Positions 1-10,097 are shown, counted from the first letter of the stretch. The stretch: DNA of 30,266 bases from Fonticula alba ATCC 38817 (GCA_000388065.2 KB932201.1); one strand, 5' to 3'. Numbers and translations: made by a program. Notes: generated by a model not told the origin, from the sequence alone.

Positions 1-1142
1 GAGCCAAGCTTGATCAGAGGGAGAGTGCTGACAGCGCGATTCTTGTCTGTACGCACGTGTGTACGTGCGTGCGTGCGTGCGTGTGTGTGTGTGTGAATTG
101 GAGGCAATAGACAGGTCAGGCCATTGGAGGCTGGAGGTCAAGGCAATAGGGGATTTCCATGAGGCAGGCTGCCGGAGGGGGGCAAAAAGAGAGGCAGAGA
201 GGCAGAGAGGCAGAGAGGCAGAGAGGCAGAGAGAGGCAAAAGGACAGAGGCAGACAAGCACGCACTCAGCACCATGGCCCCATGGGAGAGAGAATAGAGG
301 TTGCTCTGGACCAGGAGCAGGTCGCCGGTGCCCTTGACCGGCAGGAAGCGCGAGCGCGGAACCGAAAGGCCGATGCCATTCTTGAAGAAGCGAATGGCCG
401 CGCCAGCGGCGGTCTCCAGCTGGACAACCTTCTCCCCGGTCTCGGGGATGGTCTTCGGGTTGACGATGAGCTCCAGCTCCAGGGTACGCTCAGCCACCAC
501 ACGGTACACCGCGTCCAGGCGCATCCACAGGTTGTTGGTGTTGAAGCTGCGGAACTTGGAGATGGACTTGAACTCGTCGACATGCTGCGGCGGCACCTGG
601 GCCAGCTCCAGCAGGCGCAGGCAGCCATGGTGGTCGACCAGGGTGCCGCCCTTGACATCGGCACGGGTCTTGTCCGTCACCTCCATGACAAACTCCGAGG
701 CCGATTGCAGGATGTGCTGCAGGATGGCCAGGTCAACCGTGGCCCCGAGGTTGTCGACGTTCGACACGAACATCAGCTCCCGGCCCTGGTCCAGCATCTC
801 CTGCAGGAGGCCGGACCGGGCAAAGCTGTCATACAGATCACCATGCCCGGGGGGGAACCACATGCGCTTGTCGGAGTCGAAGCTGTTCGGGCAGGGGGCA
901 TTGCTCTCGTGGTTGAAGCGCGGGTAGCGGCTCTGGTTGAAGGTGAGGATGCGCACGTCGTGGCTCTTGTACTTCTGGATGATCTTGGCCGTGTCGTCGG
1001 TGGTGTTGAAGGAGTTCATCAGGATCAGGGGCACGTCGCAGCCGTAGGTCTGGTTGAGGAACTGTGCGCCGGGTGGGGCGCCATGGCGAGGCAGGGCGGG
1101 GCAGAGCAGGGCAAGAGGGGCGGATGATCAGTATGCGTGTGT

Positions 1143-1184
<42 letters not shown>

Positions 1185-1922
1185 CTAAAACCACAGCCCC
1201 CCCCCCTCCCCCCCCAAAAAAAAGACAGCACAGGGAGACGCACCTCAATCTGCCGGACGGTCAGGTCCAGGAAGGTCATCTGCGAGCGGACCTCGATGGC
1301 AGACTTCGGGCCGACGCAGCCCATCGTCGTGCCGAGGCCGCCATTGAGCTTAAGGACAACCAGCTTGTTGAGCATGGCACGCGCGGCATCGATGTTGTCG
1401 GTCGGCTGGGCAAGGACGTCGTATTGGAGGATCTGCGGTGCAGAGGGAGAGGGGCCACAGGAGAAGCGTGTCCGTTGGTGTTTGTGTGTGTGCCAGTATG
1501 CGCGGGGAGGAACGGGACAGAAGTCAGTGACCGGCAGTGGGGGGGGGGGGGACGGGCGGGACGGGAGGAGACTGTGACGGAAGGTCCCCGGCGGGCGTGT
1601 ACCTGATTCGGGCGTGGGGTGTGAATCTCCATCCAGTTGATGGCTCCCTTGCCGGAGGCACGCTCAGAGTGGTAGCGCGTGAAGAGCTCCGTGAAGCCCT
1701 CCATCTCCTGGGCAAAGGCCAGGCGCTTGGACTCGGGGGCCGTGGCGATCAGGACCTCCAGCTCCCGACGCATGGCTTCGGTCATGGCGGAGTACACCTG
1801 CGGGGGAGTGGGCGATGGAGAGATGACATCGGTGAGGGTGGCCGTGGAGGCGGACGCGGTGAGTGTCTCGATGGCAGGCGCGGGAGCGGGCTCCGGCTTG
1901 GGTGCCAGAGAGGGAGTGCCGG

Positions 1923-1953
<31 letters not shown>

Positions 1954-2061
1954 TGAGGGGGCGCCGCCTCGCCCAAGAGCGGCGTTCTTCTGCGAGATCA
2001 GCAGATTAGCAGCCGACTCGTCGTGAGGACTGACGGGGGCGGTGCTTGAGTTCTGTGACAT
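1..2061 (-). CDS. UGP1: UTP--glucose-1-phosphate uridylyltransferase (UDP-glucose pyrophosphorylase), 3'-partial
   Basis: Exons (minus): 2061-1603, 1432-1244, 1061-266, 46-<1, with GT-AG introns and consistent phases 0,0,1. Contains the hallmark motifs [64 protein letters not shown] and [10 protein letters not shown]; the spliced junction reads [21 protein letters not shown]. The start ATG (MSQNSS) is inferred. Confidence 0.97.
189..238. repeat. 8-nt tandem repeat (GAGAGGCA) x~6 in UGP intron 3
   Basis: Read directly from the sequence. Confidence 0.9.
1145..1183. repeat. (GT)19 microsatellite in UGP intron 2
   Basis: Read directly from the sequence. Confidence 0.95.
1924..1953 (-). repeat. 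CAG/CAA repeat encoding poly-Gln (Q10) in the UGP N-terminal extension
   Basis: Translates as [15 protein letters not shown] in the UGP exon 1 frame. Confidence 0.85.
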
Positions 2062-2345
2062 GGCGACTTTCGAAACGTGCTCGAGCGGATACGGAGCGGG
2101 AGGAGGGGAAAAGGGGAGGAAGGAGGTGGAGAGGTGTGCGCAAGGAGGGAGGGATGGGGGGCTGAGAGGACAGCCACTTGGGTGGATGCGCCTGGACCAA
2201 GCAGGTGGCGACCGGAAGAAGGGTAGAGGGAGGGAAAAGGCGTCGACAGACAGGTGTGCGGTGGGATGTGCCATCTGGCCACACCAAGGTTGCGTCTATA
2301 CCGCTGACATGTCGCGACATGGAGCGGGGAGGATGGGGGCGGGGG

Positions 2346-2530
2346 NNNNNNNNNNNNNNNNNNNNNNNNNNNNNNNNNNNNNNNNNNNNNNNNNNNNNNN
2401 NNNNNNNNNNNNNNNNNNNNNNNNNNNNNNNNNNNNNNNNNNNNNNNNNNNNNNNNNNNNNNNNNNNNNNNNNNNNNNNNNNNNNNNNNNNNNNNNNNNN
2501 NNNNNNNNNNNNNNNNNNNNNNNNNNNNNN
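2346..2530. other. Assembly gap (N run) flanked by G tracts
   Basis: N run. The other gaps are at 4654-4923, 7557-7749, 10698-10842, 19832-19867, 24912-24967, 25658-25992, 26986-27238 and 29688-29697; most abut G/C homopolymers or dinucleotide repeats. Confidence 1.
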
Positions 2531-4287
2531 GGGGGGGGGCGGGGGAGGGCACAAGGAGGCAAGCGCGCTGCTCAAGCAGAGGATGGCACACCCCACAGAG
2601 GCCGAGGCAGGCACCACTCCCGGAGGTGAGGGGAACCAAATGTGGACATGTGTGGATGGAGGGTGGAAACGCCTATCACACTGCCCGTCAGGGCTGGTCT
2701 CTGGTGAGACCCGAGGGACAGTTGGGAGACATAATCGCGACCCCCCCCCCCCCCGTCTGGGGGCGCTGTCCCCCACACATGCGAGGGAATCCCGCATCCT
2801 CGATCCAGGACAGGGCCGGTCCGCGAACGCAATTGTGAACACAGGTGTGGCTCAGGCGAAATGCCGACCAGGACGTGCTTGGGTCGGGTGAGCTCGCCGT
2901 ATTTCTCCTGAGGGGGCGGGCGCAAATAAACACGCCCCAGGACAACACCCATCATTCACATGAGTCTACTGCATCATGAGTGAGGGGCAGAGGCGCATGT
3001 GTGTCCCATATTTGCATCGAAGGGGGGGGGGGGGGGCAGGACCAACAAAATGGATTTTACAGGGAACACCCCCGGACTTCCGAACATGCACAACAGTCGC
3101 CCGGGCGGGTGTCGGGCAAAGACGCACCCGCACCCACGTCCACACCGACACACTTGTAAATACGCCGGCAAGGGGAGACAGCGGATGGAGATCACCACTA
3201 AAGGCACACAACCATTGGCAGGTGTCCACCGCCAGGTCCCCGGGGGGCCGGGGTGGAGCCGAGAGAAACCCATCACCGAACATTGAGACAGCTGTCGAGA
3301 AGGGCCTCCGGAAGGGGACCGCCGTGTCAATGTACACCTTTCCAAAGGGGGGGCTGGGCTGCTGGCGAACCATGCACGCCCCCGCCCCCCCCCCCCGCGG
3401 GCGAGTGAGAAATGCACGACCTGCGGGGGTGGGCAGGTGGGCGGGGAAAAAAACAACAATAGGCACGCCCAGGCCACCGAGGGGGGGGCGTATTACTGGC
3501 CCCCGCGGAAATTGGGGGGCGCCCAGCTCCCAACGGTGTGGCCCCTTTTAGGACGGGAAATGTTGCCCGCCACAGGCACCCTTTTCCCTGGCCTCTGCGC
3601 CGTGCCGTGTGCACAAGAGAGGTGGCAAGCGGGGCGCGGAACATCGATCTGCAGAAGGATCCCCCCGGCCCCCAGCTGGGAAGACTCGCTCACAGGAGGG
3701 CACACCATCCGGAGTGCAGGCCGATCGATCGGAGGAACTGACCGTGGTGGGTGCCTGGACATGAACTCAAAAGAGGGAGAGCCGGGCCAAATGCATGGTC
3801 ATGGCTGAAGAGGTCGGCAGAGGAAGGTGCCCCCCGCCCAGGGTACATACTCAAGGAAAAGGATGCCCGAGTGAGGGCATGAGTAAGAGGAGAAGGATAC
3901 GAGGCCGGACATGGTACAAGGCAGCTGGGTGGGCGAGGGAAAAAGACACAGGAGCCGTGGATGGAGGCCCGGAGGTCGGACCGGCCATTCTTCGGATATG
4001 GCGGCAGCGGCGGCGAAGGCAAAGGCAAGACCCGGAAGGAGTAGCCACTGTGGCAAAAAAGAAAAAAGAGGCAACAGCCCCACCGCAATGCCATGAGCGC
4101 CAATGGAGCCAGGGGCTCCTGAGAAGGAGGAGGGCTCCTTCGCAGAGGTGTCCCCCGAGACAGGCAGTGCCACAGGAGCCGGGGCACTGGTAGCGGTGGT
4201 CGTTGCGTGACGGCAGCAGAGACAGACACTGGAGGCAAAGAGCAAAAGCGCCATCCTTTCCGAGGGCGAAAGGCGCAGATGGCGATT

Positions 4288-4335
<48 letters not shown>
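4288..4335. repeat. (GCA)16 / (CTG)16 trinucleotide repeat
   Basis: Read directly. Coding status is unresolved (could read as poly-Ala, poly-Ser, poly-Leu or poly-Cys depending on strand and frame). Confidence 0.95.
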
Positions 4336-4337
<2 letters not shown>

Positions 4338-4461
4338 GAAAGTAATTGCAATGATCGCAGCAAGGACAGCGGCATTGCTGGCAGATACGACTATTGCGGT
4401 GGCGGGGAGTGCCACAGGGGTGGAGGCATCAACGTGCGGCAAGGCACAAGAAAGGACGCAC

Positions 4462-4512
4462 CTGACTCTCGAACTTGACAAGCGAGGCGTTGCGAATCAT
4501 GGTGGAGACGGC
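4462..4512 (-). other. Candidate coding exon (AVST)MIRNASLVKFESQ of an unresolved minus-strand gene
   Basis: Preceded by ccacctag (acceptor-like), followed by the locus-typical GTGCGT donor, CCACCATG context at 4500, GC3-rich codons. No homology recognised. Confidence 0.3.
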
Positions 4513-5779
4513 CTAGGTGGTAGGTCCGCGATGGGGACCGGTGTGTGGGAGGAAGGCAGGAGGGCAAGAGGCAGCCGCTATGTGGTCAGCGACACGGACG
4601 ATCAGGCGAGGTGGCAGCAGACGCGCAGGGCCAATGCCCGAGGGACATAAGCGNNNNNNNNNNNNNNNNNNNNNNNNNNNNNNNNNNNNNNNNNNNNNNN
4701 NNNNNNNNNNNNNNNNNNNNNNNNNNNNNNNNNNNNNNNNNNNNNNNNNNNNNNNNNNNNNNNNNNNNNNNNNNNNNNNNNNNNNNNNNNNNNNNNNNNN
4801 NNNNNNNNNNNNNNNNNNNNNNNNNNNNNNNNNNNNNNNNNNNNNNNNNNNNNNNNNNNNNNNNNNNNNNNNNNNNNNNNNNNNNNNNNNNNNNNNNNNN
4901 NNNNNNNNNNNNNNNNNNNNNNNGGGGGGGGGGGCGGGAACGGGGCGACGCATGCCTTCCAACATCCGGCGTCCCAAGCCACCCGGGATACTTCTTGCTG
5001 TGCGGGGCCCCCGGGACAGAGCATGTGCACGCGAACACGCATGCGCGAGACAAATAAAAGAGAGCGCGAGCGAGAACCGAGGCCGAGAGGCCCCACGCAC
5101 CCCCGCGGGCCGAGCGCCGGAAGAGACTGGCCAGGGCGCGCGCGCCGGCGCACGATCGTACATGGGCGCCGGCCCGGGCGAAATGCATTCTTTTTCCGGC
5201 CCGGAGCCGAGGGGGGGGGGGGCCAGACGAGCGCATATGAGCCCATTGGCAGTTGCGCGTGCGTGATCGGCTCCCCTGGGACTGATGCATCGCGTGATAG
5301 TCGAGCGTCGATCATTGTCGGCGCTCCGCGGACACGTTTTCACGGACTCCCCGACCATCCGTTCCGCATTTCCCCGTCCCTGGTGTTCTCCGGGATCTCT
5401 CCGCACAGCCCATGCTTGTCCATATGTCGGCCGGGTGCCCCCCCCACTCGCCCCGATCCCAGTGCGTAGGCTCTCGGCCCAGGCCCCGGGGACCGTGCGT
5501 CACGAGAAATTTACGGGAGCAGCAAAGGGGGTCCCCCCGCCCCGCCCCGGTGGACGCGGCAACGCCAGCGATCTAGGATTTTAGATCCTCAGCCGGAAAG
5601 CAGATATGCCAAAGGGGACACTCGCTGGCTTGTCAGCACGAAACGTGCCCCGTCCGATCGAGGAAACCGGGGAGCATGTGCGCGCATATGCTTTGGTTGT
5701 GGCCCCCGGCCGCCGGCCGCCACCCCCGCCCTTGACCGGTTACGGGGATGGTGTGCTTCGTGCTACACTTGACTTGGTT

Positions 5780-5780
<1 letters not shown>

Positions 5781-5810
<30 letters not shown>
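5781..5810. repeat. (GGC)10 trinucleotide repeat about 400 nt upstream of the Mpv17-family ATG
   Basis: Read directly from the sequence. Confidence 0.95.
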
Positions 5811-5816
<6 letters not shown>

Positions 5817-6206
5817 GGCGGAAGCCCACCAGTGCGCTGTCTCCCAGATCACAAGCCCTCGGAGATGCACGATGGCTCGCCATCTTGAACGAGCAAGGAT
5901 GACTCCCTCGCTCGCCCCGCCTCTGTCCGATGATCAAACATGACTGGAACTTGGGCATGCCGGCGGCCTTCAGCCCATTCGCCTCTCAACTCGCGAGCGG
6001 TGGCCATCTAACTCGCCCACCTGCTCACCCACCCACCCACCCACCAAGGACCTTGGGCGCCACAGGACATATTTCAGGAGCGATGCTTGAAGTGCTTCCC
6101 CAGAGTGCTAAATGTTCCGGCCAAGCCTTCCTTCCGCCGCCCCCCCCCCCCTCCCCCCCTCTCCTCCTCCCCCTCCCACGCCCCGGGCCACCAAGAGCCA
6201 CGCATA

Positions 6207-6923
6207 ATGGCTGCAATTGCTCGCGCCCTGCAACGCACCATGCAGAGCTACGCCGAAGCCAATGCCCAGCATCCCCTGCTGGTCAAGGCCCTCACCTCTG
6301 GGGTGATGTTTGGCGCTGGCGATTGCATCGCCCAGACGTTGGTTCCCCCGCCGAAGGGCGATCCCCAGGTGTACGATTGGCGCCGGACACTGGCATTTGC
6401 CTCGTTTGGGCTGCTGCTAGCCGGGCCGACCTTCCACGTGTGGTATGGCCGCCTGGACCACCTGCCGAAGGCCATCGCGCGAGTGCGGAATGCCGCCACC
6501 CTACGCGCCCCGGCGGGTGCGGTCACTGCCACCACGGCCGGCCCATCCGGAGGGTCGCTGCTGGCGGCGCGCATGAGCCTCCTACGTCAGCCGGCCTCCC
6601 CGGCCGAAGTGGCCGCCGTGCCGACGCGCTATGTCATCGCCACCAAGGTCGCCTGCGACCAGTTGATCTTCGCCCCGGTTTTCCTTCCGGTTTTCGTTTT
6701 CTACACCGGCGCCTTCCGCGGTGGATCGGTGGCCGACTCGGCCGCCACCTTGCGGCAGACCTTCTGGCCGACCTACCGCATGGACTGGTGCGTCTGGCCC
6801 GCGGCGCAGACACTGAACTTCACCTTTGTCCCGGTTCCCCTGCAGCCGCTCATGGTGAATGTGGTCAGCCTCGGCTGGAACACCTTCCTCTCGTGGTTCA
6901 TCGGCGGCAAGCAACAGTCTTGA
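6207..6923 (+). CDS. Mpv17/PMP22 (SYM1-like) four-TM membrane protein, 238 aa
   Basis: Single ORF with the family motifs HPLLVKALTSGVMFGAGDCIAQ, YDWRRTLAFASFG, GPTFHVWY, TKVACDQLIFAP and WCVWPAAQTLNFTFVPVPLQPLMVNVVSLGWNTFLS. The subfamily (Mpv17, Mpv17L2 or PXMP2) cannot be resolved by eye. Confidence 0.95.
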   Translation: MAAIARALQRTMQSYAEANAQHPLLVKALTSGVMFGAGDCIAQTLVPPPKGDPQVYDWRRTLAFASFGLLLAGPTFHVWYGRLDHLPKAIARVRNAATLRAPAGAVTATTAGPSGGSLLAARMSLLRQPASPAEVAAVPTRYVIATKVACDQLIFAPVFLPVFVFYTGAFRGGSVADSAATLRQTFWPTYRMDWCVWPAAQTLNFTFVPVPLQPLMVNVVSLGWNTFLSWFIGGKQQS

Positions 6924-7829
6924 TGATGGCGCATGCGCGCATGCACACCGAGCATCTCTCGGTACACCCGTCCTTGTTTTCGCTCAGTCCCCCCTCCCTC
7001 CCGGCCGGTGTTTCCTGGCTGTTGCGGGCCTCCGCGCCCCGTGAGATGTCCCCCCCCCCCCCCCCGACCGGGAGTATGCGCGCCACGCCGCAACACCACA
7101 CACCACCACACACTGATACTTCTCCACCAGTGTGCCGTGGACGAGCCGTGTTTCCCCAGTTGCCATCCTTTCCCTGGGACACGTCACGTGATGTAGCCAC
7201 AGCCCCCATTACCAATATTATTCCCTTGCCCTTTGTGCGGTGCCATGTTTCCCCCCCAACCGCGCTTGTGTCTCCCCGCCCGTGCCCCCTCCTCGTTGAG
7301 TCCTTTTTCTTGTCGACCACGGTCCCCAGGGTGAACAGAGGGAGAGAGCGAGGGCGAGGGCGAGGGCGATAGACGCGGGATAGACGGCCGCCCCGGGGGT
7401 GCGTGGGGCAAGTATGGGCGTGGCCCGGGTGCTTGTCGCCCAGGCGCCGCCTGGAAAAGGCACGGAGAGAGAGCACCGAACCGGCAAAGCGTCGCCGGCT
7501 CGTCTTGCGAGGTTATTTTTGGATTGCTGGCTCTTGCTCGCCCCCCCCCCCCCCCCNNNNNNNNNNNNNNNNNNNNNNNNNNNNNNNNNNNNNNNNNNNN
7601 NNNNNNNNNNNNNNNNNNNNNNNNNNNNNNNNNNNNNNNNNNNNNNNNNNNNNNNNNNNNNNNNNNNNNNNNNNNNNNNNNNNNNNNNNNNNNNNNNNNN
7701 NNNNNNNNNNNNNNNNNNNNNNNNNNNNNNNNNNNNNNNNNNNNNNNNNCCTCTCCCTCTCCCCTCCTCCTCCACAGGCCGCTTGCTCCTTCCCCTCCCC
7801 CACACTTGACTTTTCCCTCCCGGTCCGCC

Positions 7830-9733
7830 ATGGGTCGCCGGTCACCGGTATCGCCGGGAGCTGGCCCGCGCCCCCATCGGGCCGCTAGCGTCATGGGCAT
7901 CCTTCTGTTGCTTGCACTGGCGACAATGGCCGCAATGATTGGCCCAGTCACGGCTGCCTTCTCGGGCTCGACTTCTGCCTCCTCGCCGGATGCCCCCTCG
8001 GGGCCTGATTCCGGCTCCATCCCCGCCGATTCATCGGCCTCATCTTCGGCTCCGGCTTCCTCGCCGGGCTCTTCTTCGGGCTCGGCTCCGGCCTCTTCGT
8101 CCGGGTCCGTCTCCACCTCGACTTCGGGCTCGATGTCCACCTCAACCTCGGGCTCGATGTCCACCTCAACCTCGGGCTCGATGTCCACCTCAACCTCGGG
8201 CTCGGTGTCCACTTCAACTTCGGACTCGGCCTCCTCCTCTTCCTCCGGGAGTCCTCCTCCGAGCCAGGACCTTGCCTGGGCGGACTTCCACATCTCCGAG
8301 GAGCTAAAGAAGCCCCTTTACCATATCACCGACATGCCGCTGATCATTCACGCGGTGGGCATCCCCTTCAATGCCTTCCCTCAGCAGTGCGCGCCCCCCC
8401 CCCCCCTCCGACTCCCATCCTTGCTTCCTCCTTGGCCCTTCTGCTAATCCCCCTCGTCCGGCTTGCACTCACCGTGGGCTTCCCTTCGCCCTTTCCCCCA
8501 CACAGAGAGTGCCCGGATGCCTCTCTCACTTGCGCGGCGGCGGTCTTCCTTAAGATCGAACAAATCGAGTGCCCGAACCAAAAGGCCGACCCTGTGGCTC
8601 TCCTGTCCGGGGAGGCGGCCACCTGCAGCCCGATCATCTTCCACCTCTTCGGTCTGCGCTATTGCCAGCCATTGGGCGAGTAGTGCGTGGTCTTTGCTCT
8701 TTTCTCACCTTTTTTTTCCTCCACGTACATGTGTCCATGTGTATTGGACCCCTTCTCACATTCCCCCCCCCCCCCCTCACATGCGCGCGTGTGCTCGCCA
8801 CAGCTACCGGTGCATTGTCCACAAGTCGGATCTTCACTCGCCAGACACCCCGACTCCGACCCCGCCGACTCCGACCCCGCCGACAGCCGCGACGATGCTT
8901 GCCACCTCCCCTCCGCCCAGCACTCAGGCTGCCTGTCTGCCGGGCGCCAACGACTGTGTGCTGACTCGCGCTGCTACCCTTCGGATTGTTGTCCCCGCGT
9001 ACGTCAACGTCCCTCCTTCTCTCGACCTCTTTCTCCCTTCACTTGGACACTCACACCCGGGCTCCCCTCCTTGCTCTCGCTGCTTCTCGCGGCTGGCGCA
9101 TACATCGGGACAGTCATGACGTGCCCCGGCACATTGGCAAGTTCCTCATCTCGGCTGCCGTGTCGCCGGATCCCACCCAGTTGCCTGATCCGAATAACCC
9201 CTTCCCTCCCAAGGGCGAGCCGATGGATGAGCGCATCGCCACCTTCACGGCCAACTTTGTGGATGTCTACAACTTCCCGGTCGAGTTTGAGTACTTTGTG
9301 GAGAAGTGCGTGGCAGCCGGGCACAGCAGCACCCCCCTACTCTCCGCTCTTGCGGCATTCTTCCTGTTCTCGTTCACTAACACCCCCCCCCCCACACACA
9401 CACACACACATCCACACATCCACACACATCCACTTTATGGCCTGGCTCTCTCCGGTCCGCCTGCCCGACTCTTTCCCCCTTGCAGCCCCCGGTCGTATGA
9501 CGCAATCATCCGCATCACCAACATCGTTTCTTGGATTGGTATCGCGGTCAGCTTCATTCCTCTCATCTTCTTTGTCCTTGTCTTGTGCGTACCTTGCCAT
9601 TGCCGGTTTCGAGGCCTGCCTGTTTGTTTGTTCGTTCGTTGGCGCCTCGCCTTGTGCTCACTCGCTGCCCATTACGTCGCGTACAAAACCCCGTAGCTAT
9701 TTCGACGTTCGGCTGCCGCTCGGGCTGGAATGA
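7830..9733 (+). CDS. Uncharacterised type I membrane protein (signal peptide, Ser/Thr-rich stalk-like region, Cys-containing ectodomain, C-terminal TM, short tail), about 418 aa
   Basis: Exons 7830-8386, 8506-8682, 8804-8998, 9114-9305, 9486-9584, 9697-9733; all five introns are GT-AG and phase 2, and the frame joins cleanly. Signal-like MGILLLLALATMAAMIGPVTA-A (alternative ATG at 7893), 8 ectodomain Cys, TM ITNIVSWIGIAVSFIPLIFFVLVF, tail YFDVRLPLGLE*. Confidence 0.85.
8112..8228 (+). repeat. Coding 24-nt minisatellite x~5 encoding STSTSGS(M/V)
   Basis: Unit TCCACCTCAACCTCGGGCTCGATG, in frame with the membrane-protein CDS. Confidence 0.95.
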
Positions 9734-10018
9734 ATTGCGCTCCTGGTCGTGAAGGACAGGCGAATGATCGGTGGGGGCATTTTCCTCGGACTGGCATCCT
9801 GCCGTCTGGCCTGTCCTCCTCCCTTTTCCTTCTTTCTCTCTTTTCTTCTTTGCTTTTAGCTTCCCCCCTTCCCTCCCCTTTCTCTCTGCCAGCCGGAAGG
9901 GGTCGGCCCCAATAATAGAACGTCCTCCCACGGTCTCCGCTTTCTTGGTGGTGGATGGGCGTGTATGTGTTCGCGGGACCTCAGCTGTATCTGTGTGTGG
10001 GTGTGTGGATGTGCACTT

Positions 10019-10097
10019 GTGCGTGTACGCATGTACACCTGTGCGTGTACGCATGTACACCTGTGCGTGTACGCATGTACACCTGTGCGTGTACGCA
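10019..10097. repeat. 22-nt minisatellite GTGCGTGTACGCATGTACACCT x3.5
   Basis: Three perfect units at 10019, 10041 and 10063 plus a partial fourth; intergenic or 3'UTR. Confidence 0.95.

Noticed and set aside
159-1127. Long plus-strand ORFs opposite UGP, and similarly 5930-7372, 10934-12097, 18245-19477, 19955-21064 and 26263-28173
   Set aside because: These are antisense or off-frame shadows of real GC3-rich genes; stop codons are rare at this GC content and the translations have no recognisable motifs.
2062-2274. In-frame upstream extension of the UGP ORF (and 20781-21068 for TMEM209, 10434-11114 for the Rco1-like gene)
   Set aside because: Pyrimidine-rich, UTR- or intron-like sequence with non-ATG starts or poor codon usage, in one case crossing a gap; the downstream ATGs have better context.
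3851-4375. ORF with a poly-Leu stretch resembling a signal peptide
   Set aside because: The poly-Leu comes from the CTG microsatellite, the flanking codons are rare ones for this genome (TTA, TCA, CGA), and no family is recognisable. It is kept only as part of the unresolved-gene finding.
6929-6938. GCGCATGCGC palindromes matching the animal NRF1 site (also near 15417 and inside coding sequence)
   Set aside because: They occur in CDS and 3' regions as often as upstream, and are expected in GC-rich DNA with many purine-pyrimidine repeats.
8640-8830. Faint resemblance of LRYCQP to the PIG-X/PBN1 HLRY motif in the orphan membrane protein
   Set aside because: The match is too short and the spacing to the TM does not fit; it cannot be supported without a profile search.
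10019-10097. CRISPR-like array
   Set aside because: Head-to-tail repeats without spacers, no cas genes, eukaryotic context.
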